A DNA stretch of 64,000 bases. Origin: Alphaproteobacteria bacterium (lineage in GTDB: Bacteria > Pseudomonadota > Alphaproteobacteria > UBA828). The translations under genes were made by a program, and so were the position numbers. The DNA is taken from positions 2,336,001-2,400,000 of the forward strand of contig CBDEFM010000002.1 of NCBI GenBank assembly GCA_965237415.1, read 5' to 3'. Under the pieces are notes generated by a model. It did no database searches and was not told the origin of the DNA. It saw only the letters and a list, made by a program, of their open reading frames with translations. Positions 8,649 through 19,716 of the stretch are shown one piece after another (positions within the stretch are counted from its first letter, which is position 1; each line of letters starts with the position of its first letter).

Positions 8649-11062
8649 CGGAGAAGAAGCGGATGACCGGGACAAGCGAAGGCTGGGTCGGTGCTCAGTT
8701 CCACCGGAAGGAAGATCATCGGCTCACCACCGGGCGGGGCCGCTTCTTCGCCGACATCGTGATGCCGGGTGCGGTGCACATCATGTTCAAGCGCAGCGAT
8801 CACGCGCACGCGCGGATCAAGAGCATCGACGTGAGCGCGGCCAAGGCGATGCCGGGCGTCATCGCGGTCGTCACCGGCGACGACATCAAGGACAAGATCC
8901 TGTCCATGCCGCAACCGGTCGTACAGCCGGCGCTGCCCGCCACCTACCCAAAGCACTGGCCGCTCGCGGTCGGCAAGGTGAAGTGGCATGGCGAGCCGGT
9001 GGCGGCCGTTGTCGCCCGCGACCCCTACATCGCCGAGGACGCAGCCGAGACGATCGAGGTGGAGTACGACCCGCTCCCCTATGTCGGCGATCCCGAGAGC
9101 GCGCTCGCTGAGGGAGCGACCATCGTCCACGAGGGCTGGCCCGACAACGTCATCTTCGAGATGGACTTCACCGGCGGCGCCGACGCCGAAAGCCAGGCGG
9201 CGCACGAGGCCAAGGTCCAGGAGGTCTTCGATAGCGCCGATATCGTGATCAAGCAGCGTTTCACCTGCCACCGCTGCGGCGTTACGCCGATGGAGACCCG
9301 CGGTGCGCTCTTCGATTGGGATGAATCCGATGGCATGACCGGCTGGATCACCACCCAGCGCCCGCATATCGACAGGCTGGCGCTGTCGGACATCCTCGAG
9401 ATCCCGGCGGAGAAGATGCGCATCATCGCGCCGCGCGATCAGGGCGGCGGCTTCGGCGTCAAGGCGCCCTTCTACCGAGAGCCGATTCTGGTGGCCTATC
9501 TGGCCAAGACGCTCGGCCGCCCGGTGCGTTGGGTGGAGACCCGCCAGGAGCACCTGATGGCGGTGAGCCAGGAGCGCGATCAGATTCACGATCTCGAGGT
9601 CGCGGCGGCCCGCGACGGCAAGCTGCTTGCGATCCGCGATCGCGGTCTCGCCGACTGCGGCGACGGTTGCGAGGGGGTCTATTGGGGCTTCCTTATGCCC
9701 TTCCTCGGCGCGATCGAGCTTCCCAACGCCTACGATTGGCCGATCGGCGACGTCAAGGTGAAGGTCGCCATCACCAACAAGTCGGCGCTGTCGCCGGCCC
9801 GCGCCTTCGGCGAGCTGCCCACCCGCTTCGCCATGGAGCGCGCCATCGACATGGTGGCCAAGAAGTGCGGCATGGAGCCCGCGGACGTGCGCCGCAAGAA
9901 CCTCGTCGCCGAGTTGCCCTATACCTCGATCACCAACGAGTATTTCGACAGCGGGGACTTCATCAAGGTATGGGACAACCTGATGGCAGAGGCCGACCTG
10001 CCGGGCTTCCGCGCCCGCCAGGCCGAGGCGCGGGCGGAGGGCCGCTATCTCGGGATCGGCTTCGGCCTGGGCGTCGAGCTCTCCGGGGTCGCCTCCGAGC
10101 TGTTCGTCCCGATGGAGAACCAGCCGGGCTACGGCGCAGCGACCGTGCGGCTCGACCCGCGCGGCAAGGTGCTGGTCTTCGAGGGCGATGCGCCCGGCGG
10201 GCAGGGACACGAGACCACAGTCGCCCAGGCCATCGCCCACAGCTTCGGCATCCACCCCAACGACGTGGTGGTGACGACCGGGGATACGGGCACGACGCCC
10301 TTCGGCTCCGGCACCGTCGGTGCCCGCGCCGGCTCCTACTTCGTCAGCGCCGCGGTCCAGGCCTGCGATTTCCTCAAGGAGAAGATCGCGCGAATCATGG
10401 CCCACGACCTCGCGCTCGCCGACGCGTCGCCGGCCGACTTCGAATTCAGGGACGGCTTCGTGACCTATGCGAAGGACACGAACATCAAGAAGACGTTCCG
10501 GGAGGCGGTGGAGCGCATCATCATGGCGCCGATCAACATGCCGAAAGGGGAATCCGGCGGCCTCGAGCACACCGCCTTCTTCGAGGCCGAGAAGCCGATG
10601 ATCGCCTTCAACGCCGATGTCTGTACGGTCGAGGTCGATATCGAGACCGGGCAGTTCAAGATCCTGACCTGGACGACGTCGGAGGACGTGGGGCAGATCA
10701 TCAACCCCCAGATCGTCGAGGGGCAGATGCAGGGCGCCATAGTTCAGGGCCTCTCCAACACCATGTTCGAGCAGTTCGTCTACGACGAGAACGGCCAACA
10801 GCTCACCGCCGATTTCGAGAACTACAAGCTCGCGACAGCGGCGGACGTGCCGGACATCAAGGTGACGCATGCGCCGACGCCCTGCCCCTACACGCCATTG
10901 GGAAGCCGCGGCATCGGCGAGGGCCGCCCGTCGGACGTGCCGGGCACGCTCTGCAACGCCATCTGCGACGCGCTCAGCCCCTTCGATATCGAAATCACGG
11001 ATCTTCCGCTCCGCCCGGATTCGCTCTGGCGCAAAATTCAGGCGGCGCGCGGGGCCTCGTAA
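8645..11062 (+). CDS. xanthine dehydrogenase family molybdopterin-binding (large) subunit
   Basis: RKEDHRLTTGRG, GGGFGVK, GQGHETT, INPQIVEGQMQG, SRGIGE; GTGA overlap with the small subunit. Confidence 0.9.
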   Translation: MTEKKRMTGTSEGWVGAQFHRKEDHRLTTGRGRFFADIVMPGAVHIMFKRSDHAHARIKSIDVSAAKAMPGVIAVVTGDDIKDKILSMPQPVVQPALPATYPKHWPLAVGKVKWHGEPVAAVVARDPYIAEDAAETIEVEYDPLPYVGDPESALAEGATIVHEGWPDNVIFEMDFTGGADAESQAAHEAKVQEVFDSADIVIKQRFTCHRCGVTPMETRGALFDWDESDGMTGWITTQRPHIDRLALSDILEIPAEKMRIIAPRDQGGGFGVKAPFYREPILVAYLAKTLGRPVRWVETRQEHLMAVSQERDQIHDLEVAAARDGKLLAIRDRGLADCGDGCEGVYWGFLMPFLGAIELPNAYDWPIGDVKVKVAITNKSALSPARAFGELPTRFAMERAIDMVAKKCGMEPADVRRKNLVAELPYTSITNEYFDSGDFIKVWDNLMAEADLPGFRARQAEARAEGRYLGIGFGLGVELSGVASELFVPMENQPGYGAATVRLDPRGKVLVFEGDAPGGQGHETTVAQAIAHSFGIHPNDVVVTTGDTGTTPFGSGTVGARAGSYFVSAAVQACDFLKEKIARIMAHDLALADASPADFEFRDGFVTYAKDTNIKKTFREAVERIIMAPINMPKGESGGLEHTAFFEAEKPMIAFNADVCTVEVDIETGQFKILTWTTSEDVGQIINPQIVEGQMQGAIVQGLSNTMFEQFVYDENGQQLTADFENYKLATAADVPDIKVTHAPTPCPYTPLGSRGIGEGRPSDVPGTLCNAICDALSPFDIEITDLPLRPDSLWRKIQAARGAS

Positions 11063-11096
11063 ACCGCCCCCTGCCGCCCTGCGGGGGTCGGGGACG

Positions 11097-12449
11097 ATGG
11101 CGGCAACGCGGGTGCGCATCGGCTCCGGCGCGGGCTTCGCCGGCGACCGTTGGGAGCCAGCGGTGGAGCTGGTCGAGCAGGGCGGCCTCGACTACATCGC
11201 CTTCGAGTGCCTCGCCGAGCGCACCATCGCGCGCGAAACCCTCGCCGTGCGGCGAGGCCAAGGAAGCGGCTACAACCCCCAGCTTGAAGACCGCATGCGT
11301 GCCGTCCTGCCGCCGGCAGCGGCACGGGGCGTTCGGGTGCTCAGCAACATGGGCGCCGCCGACCCGCTGGCGGCGGGCCGCAAGACCTCCGAGATTGCGG
11401 GCGACCTCGGGCTTGCCGACCGGCGCTGCGCGGTGTTGCTGGGCGACGATGTACAGGATGCCGTCGCCGCCCAGCCGGGCCTCCCGTTGATGGAGACCGG
11501 CGCGGCGCTGGAAAGCATCCTGCCCCGCATGGCGTCCGCGAACGCCTATCTCGGCGCGGACGCGGTGGCTTCGGCGCTCGCCACCGGGGCGCCGGCGGTG
11601 GTGACGGGCCGGGTCGCCGACCCCTCGCTCTTCGTCGGCCCCATCGTCCACGCGCTCGGCTGGAGCTACGACGATTACGCCCGTCTCGCCCAGGCCACGG
11701 CGGCCGGGCACCTGCTGGAATGCGCGGGCCAGGTGAGCGGCGGCTACTTCGCCGACCCCGGCGTCAAGGACGTGCCCGAATTGGCACGCCTCGGCTTCCC
11801 CTTCGCCGACGTGACCGCCGAGGGCGACGTGACCATCGGCAAGTGTGCCGGCACTGGCGGGCGCATCGATACCGCCACCTGCACCGAGCAGCTTCTTTAC
11901 GAGGTCGACGATCCCGCGGGCTATGTCACGCCCGACTGTGTGCTCGACATGACCGGCATCGCCTTTCGCGAGGTGGGGCCCGACCGGGTGGCGGTCTCCG
12001 GCGCGCGGGCGCGCTCGCGGACCGCGACCTACAAGGTGAGTGTCGGCTATTTCGACGGCTATCTGGGCGAGGGGCAGCTCTCCTACGGTGGGCCCAACAC
12101 TGTCGCGCGCGCCCGGCTCGCCAGCGAGATCGTGGCGGAGAGGCTGCGCCTGCGCGGCTTCGCCTACGACGCCCTCGATGCCCGCCTGATCGGTCTCGAC
12201 AGCCTGCATGGGCCTGGCGCAGGCCGGCCCGAGCCCTACGAGGTCAGGCTCCGCGTCACCGGCCGCACGCAGGACAAGAAGGCGGCCGAGGCCGTAGGTT
12301 TCGAGGTCGCAGCGCTCTACACCAACGGGCCAGCGGGCGGGGCGGGAGACGCCGCGTCGGTCCGCGAAATCCTCGCGGTGCAGTCGGTCCTGCTACCGCG
12401 CGATCAGGTGCGCCCACGCGTCGAGGTGGTGGAGTCCGGGCGATGCTGA
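11097..12449 (+). CDS. AtuA-like (DUF1446) acyclic terpene utilisation protein
   Basis: GSGAGFAGDR, FECLAERT, GHLLECAGQVSGG, EQLLYEV, YTNGPAGG. Confidence 0.85.
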   Translation: MAATRVRIGSGAGFAGDRWEPAVELVEQGGLDYIAFECLAERTIARETLAVRRGQGSGYNPQLEDRMRAVLPPAAARGVRVLSNMGAADPLAAGRKTSEIAGDLGLADRRCAVLLGDDVQDAVAAQPGLPLMETGAALESILPRMASANAYLGADAVASALATGAPAVVTGRVADPSLFVGPIVHALGWSYDDYARLAQATAAGHLLECAGQVSGGYFADPGVKDVPELARLGFPFADVTAEGDVTIGKCAGTGGRIDTATCTEQLLYEVDDPAGYVTPDCVLDMTGIAFREVGPDRVAVSGARARSRTATYKVSVGYFDGYLGEGQLSYGGPNTVARARLASEIVAERLRLRGFAYDALDARLIGLDSLHGPGAGRPEPYEVRLRVTGRTQDKKAAEAVGFEVAALYTNGPAGGAGDAASVREILAVQSVLLPRDQVRPRVEVVESGRC

Positions 12450-12766
12450 CGGTGCGCGATCTGGCGCACGCCCGCGCCGGCGACAAGGGGCGTTCGGTCA
12501 ACATCTCGGTCATCGCCTACGACGAGGCGGGCTACGAGCGGCTTCTGCGCGAACTCACCGAGGCGCGAGTGGCGTCGGCCTTCGCGTCGCTGGCGGAGGG
12601 CCCCGTGCGCCGCTACGCGCTGCCGGGGCTCGGGGCGTTCAACTTCGTCATCGAGCGGGTGCAGGGCGGCGGAGTCACCGCGACCGGCGCGCTCGACATC
12701 CACGGCAAGAGCCTGTCGTCGCTCATGCTCACGATCCCGCTGCCGGGAAACGAGCCCGAGAAGTGA
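12443..12766 (+). CDS. AtuA-related small ferredoxin-fold protein
   Basis: LAHARAGDKG..NISVIA..GGGVT..LDIHGKSLS. Confidence 0.85.
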   Translation: MLTVRDLAHARAGDKGRSVNISVIAYDEAGYERLLRELTEARVASAFASLAEGPVRRYALPGLGAFNFVIERVQGGGVTATGALDIHGKSLSSLMLTIPLPGNEPEK

Positions 12767-12775
12767 GTGCGTCGG

Positions 12776-13219
12776 TCAGCCCGCCGTATCGATCCAGATC
12801 GTGACCGGGCCGTCATTGACGAGTTGGACCTGCATGACCTGTCCGAAGCGCCCGGTTGAGACGGGCACCCCGTGCTCGGCGAGGGAGGCTGTGAAGAGCT
12901 CGTAGAGCCGCAGGCCTTCGTCTGGCGGCGCGGCGCGCGAGAAGCCCGGGCGGTTGCCGCGGCTCGTGTCGGCGGCGAGGGTGAACTGGCTGACGACAAG
13001 GGCGCTCCCGCCGCTCGCCAGGATCGAGAGGTTCATCTTGCCGGGCTCGCTCTCGAAGATGCGCAGGTTGGCGATCTTGCGCGCGAGCAACCGGGCCTCG
13101 TCGTCGCCGTCGCCCTGCATGGCGCAGACGAGAATCAGCATGCCGTTGCCGACCTCGCCGACCGTCTCCCCGGCAATATCGACGCGGGCCTCGGCGACCC
13201 GCTGGATGAGCGCCCTCAT
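12776..13219 (-). CDS. dtd: D-aminoacyl-tRNA deacylase
   Basis: [34 protein letters not shown]. Confidence 0.95.
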   Translation of the reverse strand: MRALIQRVAEARVDIAGETVGEVGNGMLILVCAMQGDGDDEARLLARKIANLRIFESEPGKMNLSILASGGSALVVSQFTLAADTSRGNRPGFSRAAPPDEGLRLYELFTASLAEHGVPVSTGRFGQVMQVQLVNDGPVTIWIDTAG

Positions 13220-13509
13220 GGGTCGAGCGGCGCGTAGTAGGTGCGGACGGGCTCTTCGGCGAGCAGTGCCAGAAAGTCGTCCAGGCCGCCGGCCTCCTGC
13301 AGCGCGGCGAGGTTGGCCTTGTGAGTTTCCGCCGAGGTCCATTCCTCAAGGAGGACGACGCGATCCGGGTCAGTGGCGTCTACCGCTATCTCGATGCGAG
13401 AGCAGCCGTCCATCCCGGTGTCCTCGCCCACAAAGGGCGCAAGCATGTCCGTAACCTCTTTGCCTTTTCCCGGTTTCGCCGCGGCCCGCACCAGCACCAG
13501 AACAGCCAT
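13216..13509 (-). CDS. antibiotic biosynthesis monooxygenase (ABM) domain protein
   Basis: [26 protein letters not shown] pattern. Confidence 0.75.
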   Translation of the reverse strand: MAVLVLVRAAAKPGKGKEVTDMLAPFVGEDTGMDGCSRIEIAVDATDPDRVVLLEEWTSAETHKANLAALQEAGGLDDFLALLAEEPVRTYYAPLDP

Positions 13510-13585
13510 CGTCGCGCCCCTCCCGATTGCGGCCACGCGGCCACCGTGTACCATCGGCCCGGCCGAGGGCAAGCGGAGAAGGCCG

Positions 13586-14995
13586 GTGACAAGCCGACCT
13601 GCGACGGATGACGCGCCCGGCGCCACGCTCCGGCTGGGGCACTGGGTCGCCGAGGCACCGCAGGCGTGGAGCGAGGAAGCGCAGCGCCGGGCAAGCGGCG
13701 CCTTCGTGGATACCGCCGCCTGCATGTTGGCGGGTGCGGACGATGCCGCGCCGCGCGCGGCCTATGACGCGGTGTCGCGGTGGGGTGCGGGTGGCGCGGT
13801 CGTCGCGGGCACGCCGCATCGGCTCGCGGCACCCTGGGCTGCGCTCGTCAACGGCACGGCGGCCCATGCGCTCGACTACGACGATGTGCTGGAGATCAGC
13901 AACGCGCACGTCAGCGCCGTACTGGTGCCCGCTCTGCTGGCGCTTGGGCAGGAACGCGGCGCCGACGGCGCGGCCTGCGTGGATGCGTTCATCGTGGGCG
14001 TCGAGGTCATGGCCCGGCTCGGCGAGGCGCTCAACATGACCCACTACTTCAAGGGCTGGCACACCACGTCGACCCTGGGGGCGCCCGCGGCGGCTGCGGC
14101 TTGCGCCCGGCTGCTCCGCCTCGACGCCGCGAAGACCACCGCCGCGCTCAGCCTCGCCACCAGTTTCGCCTCCGGCGCCAAGCGCCAGTTCGGCACCATG
14201 ACGAAGCCGCTCCATGCCGGGCTCGCGGCCAAGAACGGGATCATGGCGGCGGTGCTCGCCGAGTCCGGTGTCAGCGCCGCGACGGACGCCTACGAGGGCG
14301 AGCGCGGCTTCGTCGCGCTCTTCGCAGGCGTCCCGTGCGAGCGGCTGGAGGCGGCAGTCGCGGATTTCGACGGGCCGCCCGCGATCGAGCGCCACGGCCT
14401 CTGGCAGAAATACTATCCCTGCTGCGCCAGCGCCCACCGCCCTCTCGACGCCCTGCTCGCGCTTTATGACGACGGCGGGATGACGCCGCAGGCAGTGGCC
14501 GAGATCGATGCGCTGCTGCCGGAGATCGCGGTGCAGAACCTGCCTTACGACGCCCCTGCCGATGCCATGCAGGCGCGCTTCAGCCTCCACTATCTGCTGG
14601 CGAGCGCATTGATCGATGGGCGCCTCGCGCTCGACGCCTTCAGCGGCCAGGCGCTCGCCCGGCCCGCCGTCCGCGCGCTGCTGCCCAGGATTTGCATGCG
14701 CCCGGACCCGGATCAGCCAGGCGATGCCAATGTCGACGAGGTGCCCCAGCGGGCGACGGTCACGGTGCGGCTTGCTGGCGGCGGTGAGCGCGCGAGGACG
14801 GTCCGCGAGCCAAGGGGCCACCCGCGCCGGCCCCTCGGCCGCGATGCGCTCCATGCCAAGTTCGTGGACTGCGCATCGCGGGCCCTGCCGGCGGCAGCGC
14901 ACGACGAGGCGTTCGAGGCGCTTGACGGGATCGCCGGGGCGCGCAGCCTGGATGCGATCGCAGGCAAAATCGGAGCGGGCCATGGCCAAGGATGA
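13586..14995 (+). CDS. MmgE/PrpD family protein
   Basis: AALVNGTAAHALDYDD, GWHTTS, KPLHAG, KYYPCC; start uncertain. Confidence 0.85.
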   Translation: MTSRPATDDAPGATLRLGHWVAEAPQAWSEEAQRRASGAFVDTAACMLAGADDAAPRAAYDAVSRWGAGGAVVAGTPHRLAAPWAALVNGTAAHALDYDDVLEISNAHVSAVLVPALLALGQERGADGAACVDAFIVGVEVMARLGEALNMTHYFKGWHTTSTLGAPAAAAACARLLRLDAAKTTAALSLATSFASGAKRQFGTMTKPLHAGLAAKNGIMAAVLAESGVSAATDAYEGERGFVALFAGVPCERLEAAVADFDGPPAIERHGLWQKYYPCCASAHRPLDALLALYDDGGMTPQAVAEIDALLPEIAVQNLPYDAPADAMQARFSLHYLLASALIDGRLALDAFSGQALARPAVRALLPRICMRPDPDQPGDANVDEVPQRATVTVRLAGGGERARTVREPRGHPRRPLGRDALHAKFVDCASRALPAAAHDEAFEALDGIAGARSLDAIAGKIGAGHGQG

Positions 14996-16007
14996 CCCGG
15001 TGGCGACGGAGGCCGCCGAGAGGGCGCGGGCCTTCACTCAAGGCTCGACGGTGTTCGACTGCCTCGGGCTCTTCTACGTGCTCGACGAGCCCTATGCGAC
15101 GCGCTGCCTGGAGGCCGGCGTCAACGTCTGCAACGTGACCTTCGCGCTGGAGAGCACGTGGGACCAGACCATGAGCGCGGTCGACGAGGGGTTCGCCAAG
15201 ATCGAAGCCAGTCCCGTGCTCGCGCTCGCCCGTAACACGGTGGAGATCGAGGCGGCGATGGCGGCGGGCCGGCTCGCGGTTATTCCCGGCACCCAGGGCT
15301 CCAGCATGATCGGCAAGGAGCTCGCGCGGGTCGGCATCCTCGCCAGGCTCGGGTTCCGCTTCTTCGGCCTCGCCTACACCGGCGCCACCCTCTTCGCCGA
15401 CGGTTGCGGCGAGAAGCGCGACGCGGGGCTCAGCTTCCTCGGCGAGGAGCTGATCGCGGCGGTGAACGAGACGGCGATGATCCTCGACCTCTCCCACACC
15501 GGCCACCGCTCGCGGGCCGAGGCGGTGCCGCTCGCCCGCGCGCCGGTCTGCACCCATTCCAACGCCTGGCACCACGTGCCGAACGACCGCAACACCAAGG
15601 ACGAGACGGTGCGCGCGATCTGCGCCAAGGGCGGCATGATGGGCGCCTGCTGCCTGCCGCTTTCGGTGAGCCCGTTGGACCAGACCCTCGACCACCTGAT
15701 CGACCACATCGACCACTTCAAGGCGCTGGTCGGCGCGGAGCACATCGGCATCGGGCTCGACTTCACCGAGGCCTATCAGGAGTCCGAGACCGTGCTGCCG
15801 GAATCGATCCGCTGGCGCACGCTCCGGCCCGACATCTTCGGCACGGTGGACGCCTTCGTAACCCAGCGCTATCCGGAGGGTCTGGGAGGTATTCGCGAGC
15901 TACCCAATCTCGCAGGGCGGATCTTCGAGCGGGGTTACGGGGAGGATGAGGTAGCCGGAATCCTCGGCGCGAACTGGCTCCGCACCTTCACCCGCTTCGT
16001 GGGCTGA
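14982..16007 (+). CDS. membrane dipeptidase (M19)-like amidohydrolase
   Basis: ILDLSH, CTHSNA, RNTKDE, HIGIGLDF, ILGANWLR. Confidence 0.8.
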   Translation: MAKDDPVATEAAERARAFTQGSTVFDCLGLFYVLDEPYATRCLEAGVNVCNVTFALESTWDQTMSAVDEGFAKIEASPVLALARNTVEIEAAMAAGRLAVIPGTQGSSMIGKELARVGILARLGFRFFGLAYTGATLFADGCGEKRDAGLSFLGEELIAAVNETAMILDLSHTGHRSRAEAVPLARAPVCTHSNAWHHVPNDRNTKDETVRAICAKGGMMGACCLPLSVSPLDQTLDHLIDHIDHFKALVGAEHIGIGLDFTEAYQESETVLPESIRWRTLRPDIFGTVDAFVTQRYPEGLGGIRELPNLAGRIFERGYGEDEVAGILGANWLRTFTRFVG

Positions 16008-16035
16008 GCCCGACCGCCGCCGGCCGCATCGCGCA

Positions 16036-18411
16036 TCAGCCCAGGCGCGTGACTTCGCAAAGATACGAGCGGTGCGGCACCGAGCCGGAGATCGGGTCCG
16101 TGTCCTGATTGCCGATGACCGCGTTGACGTTGGCGCCGTCTGCGCTCGTCGCGTCGTGGCCCGGCAGATCGAGCGCCGCGCAGGCTTGCCACCAGCCGTG
16201 GGTGGCGCTGACCACGCGCGGGTCGAGGCTCGGCTTGAATGCGGCGCGGGCGCGGGCGGCCCCATGGGGCGTCGTGAGGCGCACCCAGTCGCCGTTCTCG
16301 ATGCTGCGCGCAGCCGCGGCCTCGGGGTGCATCTCGACGGTGGGGTCCGGCTCGCGCCGGCGCAGCGAGGGCATGCCGCGGTGCTGGCTATGGCAATAGT
16401 GAAGCGACTTCGCTGACGTCAGCACCAGCGGGTAGTCGGCGGCGAGGTCGGCCCGGCTCACGGGGCCGATGGCGGGCTCCACATAGTCCGGCAGCGGGGC
16501 CTGGCCCGCCGCGAGCAGCCGTTCGGAGAAGACCTCGACCTTGCGCGACGGTGTCGCGAAGCCCGCCGCCTGGCCGTTGCCGCCGGCGTACTTGCGGTAG
16601 CGGGTCTCGTGGTCGACGCGCACGCCGCCGGGCGACTGGCGCAACGCCTCGAGATCGAGGCCCGAGGGGCTCAGCATCTCCCGGTAGGAGGCATCGATGT
16701 CGCCGCCCCAGAACTGATTGGCGAGGCCGAGGCGCTGGGCCAGCTCGAACACGATCCAGACATCGCTCTTCGACTTGCCCAGGGATTCGATGGCCGGTGG
16801 GCGGAGCTGCGCGAAGGCGCTCGCGTCGGCGCCGACCTTGAAGTTCGTGCAAAGCCCCTCGCGCTCGAACGGCGTGTTGACCGGCAGCACGATGTCGGCG
16901 AGCGCGGCCGAGGGCGTCATGAACAGGTCCACATGCACCGCGAAGTCGAGCGCCTTCAGCGCCGCCTCGCCGCGCGCCGTATCCGCGTGGCTCACCAGGA
17001 TGTTGGTGCCGAAACTCACCATGCCCTTGATGGGATAGGGCTCGCCCTCGAGGACCGCACGGTAGAGATCGTCGCTGGTGATCCAGCCCTGCTGCTCGGG
17101 CCCGAGCGGGCGGCCCGCACCGCCCACAGCCTTCGCCATCTGCCGGGGCTCGATCATCTCCCGACCTCTGATGTCGTTGGTCGGGATCGTGTCGAACAGC
17201 ACATTGCCGCCCGGCGCGTCGAAGCTGCCGCTCAGCGCATAGAGGAGCGCGATGGCGCGCGAGGTCTGGCTCGCATTGGTGTGCTGGCCCACGCCGGACC
17301 AGCTGTATGAGGAGACCGCGTCCGCCTCGCCCATCAACCGCGCCGCCGCACGGAGCTGGTCGGCCGGCACCCAGGCGATCTCCTCGACCCGTTCGGGCGT
17401 GAAGGCGCGGCAGCGCTCCCGATAGAGATCGAACGCGGTCCGGCAGGGAATTGCCGCGCCGTCCGCGCCCGCGATTTCGTGGCGTCCGTCGAGCGCAGGC
17501 ACCCCGCCGTCGTAGCGGCCGGCGCCTGAGTCGTAGAGCATCGGCGCGCCCGCCTCCGCATCCCACGCCACCCTGAGCGCCGGGTCTCCGTCCGCACGCA
17601 GGTGGTCGGCGCGGAGCGGGGTGCCGTCGTCGTCGCGCACCAGCAGCGGGCCGTTGGTCCAGTCCCGCATGAAGGCCGCGTCGTAGTGCCCGGCTTCCAG
17701 GAGCAGGTTGGCGAGGCCCAAGGCGAGCGCGCCGTCGCTGCCGGGCCTGACGCGGAGCCACGCATCCGCCTTGACCGCGAGGCCTGCGCGGCGCGGGTCG
17801 ACGACGATGAGCTTGGCGCCGCGCGCCTTGGCCTCGGCGACCCGGCTGGCGTAGGCGAGCCAGGTGGTGCTCGGGTTGTGCCCCCAGAGGACGATGCAAC
17901 CGGCGTTCTGGAAATCCGGCATCGGCGTGTCGACGCCGAAGGTGAGCGCGTAGATGTCGTCACGGTGGAAGTTGCAGATCTCCGTGCCGTAGGGGGCGTT
18001 GGGGCTGCCGTAGGCGTGGCGCAGGCGCTCGATCCAGGGATACGAGTCCTGAATGCCGGTGCCCGACGGCGTGGTGATGGCGAACGCCACACTCTCCGGC
18101 CCGCACTCGGCGGCGAGCCGCTTGAGGTGCCGGGCGGTCTCGTCGAGCGCCTCGTCCCAGCCGATCCGCTCCCACTCGCCCGGCGCGTCTTTCGGTGTGA
18201 CGCGGCGCAGGGGATGCAGCACGCGGTCCTCGTGATAGACCAGCTCCGGCGCCGCCCGCCCCTTGCCGCAGAGCGCCTTACCCGTGGGATGCGAGGGGTC
18301 GGGCTCGACCGCAACCAGGCGGCCGTCCTCGACCACGGAGATGCAGCCGCAGACGGAGGTGCAGAGCGCACAGTAGCCTGGAATCCGCTCGATAGTCGTC
18401 TCGGCCGCCAT
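16036..18411 (-). CDS. DMSO reductase-family molybdopterin oxidoreductase with N-terminal 4Fe-4S
   Basis: CALCTSVCG..CGKG, WGHNP, VVDPR, ADIVLP, HSQHR, HGWW. Confidence 0.9.
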   Translation of the reverse strand: MAAETTIERIPGYCALCTSVCGCISVVEDGRLVAVEPDPSHPTGKALCGKGRAAPELVYHEDRVLHPLRRVTPKDAPGEWERIGWDEALDETARHLKRLAAECGPESVAFAITTPSGTGIQDSYPWIERLRHAYGSPNAPYGTEICNFHRDDIYALTFGVDTPMPDFQNAGCIVLWGHNPSTTWLAYASRVAEAKARGAKLIVVDPRRAGLAVKADAWLRVRPGSDGALALGLANLLLEAGHYDAAFMRDWTNGPLLVRDDDGTPLRADHLRADGDPALRVAWDAEAGAPMLYDSGAGRYDGGVPALDGRHEIAGADGAAIPCRTAFDLYRERCRAFTPERVEEIAWVPADQLRAAARLMGEADAVSSYSWSGVGQHTNASQTSRAIALLYALSGSFDAPGGNVLFDTIPTNDIRGREMIEPRQMAKAVGGAGRPLGPEQQGWITSDDLYRAVLEGEPYPIKGMVSFGTNILVSHADTARGEAALKALDFAVHVDLFMTPSAALADIVLPVNTPFEREGLCTNFKVGADASAFAQLRPPAIESLGKSKSDVWIVFELAQRLGLANQFWGGDIDASYREMLSPSGLDLEALRQSPGGVRVDHETRYRKYAGGNGQAAGFATPSRKVEVFSERLLAAGQAPLPDYVEPAIGPVSRADLAADYPLVLTSAKSLHYCHSQHRGMPSLRRREPDPTVEMHPEAAAARSIENGDWVRLTTPHGAARARAAFKPSLDPRVVSATHGWWQACAALDLPGHDATSADGANVNAVIGNQDTDPISGSVPHRSYLCEVTRLG

Positions 18412-18444
18412 CACGCCCTCTTGTATTTGTCTCGCCCCGGTTGA

Positions 18445-19632
<1,188 letters not shown>

Positions 19633-19716
19633 TCCCCGCCCGCCCACTCACCCGATCGCCGGGCCGGCAGCGGCCGCGGCGTGTATAATCCAATACCAGG
19701 ACAGGGAAGCATCGCC

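Noticed and set aside
7274-11062. Aerobic CO dehydrogenase coxMSL
   Set aside because: Large subunit lacks the form I AYxCSFR and form II AYxGAGR loops
16036-18411. Acetylene hydratase
   Set aside because: The Fe-S motif CALCTSVC lacks the catalytic Asp adjacent to the second Cys; left as a generic molybdopterin oxidoreductase
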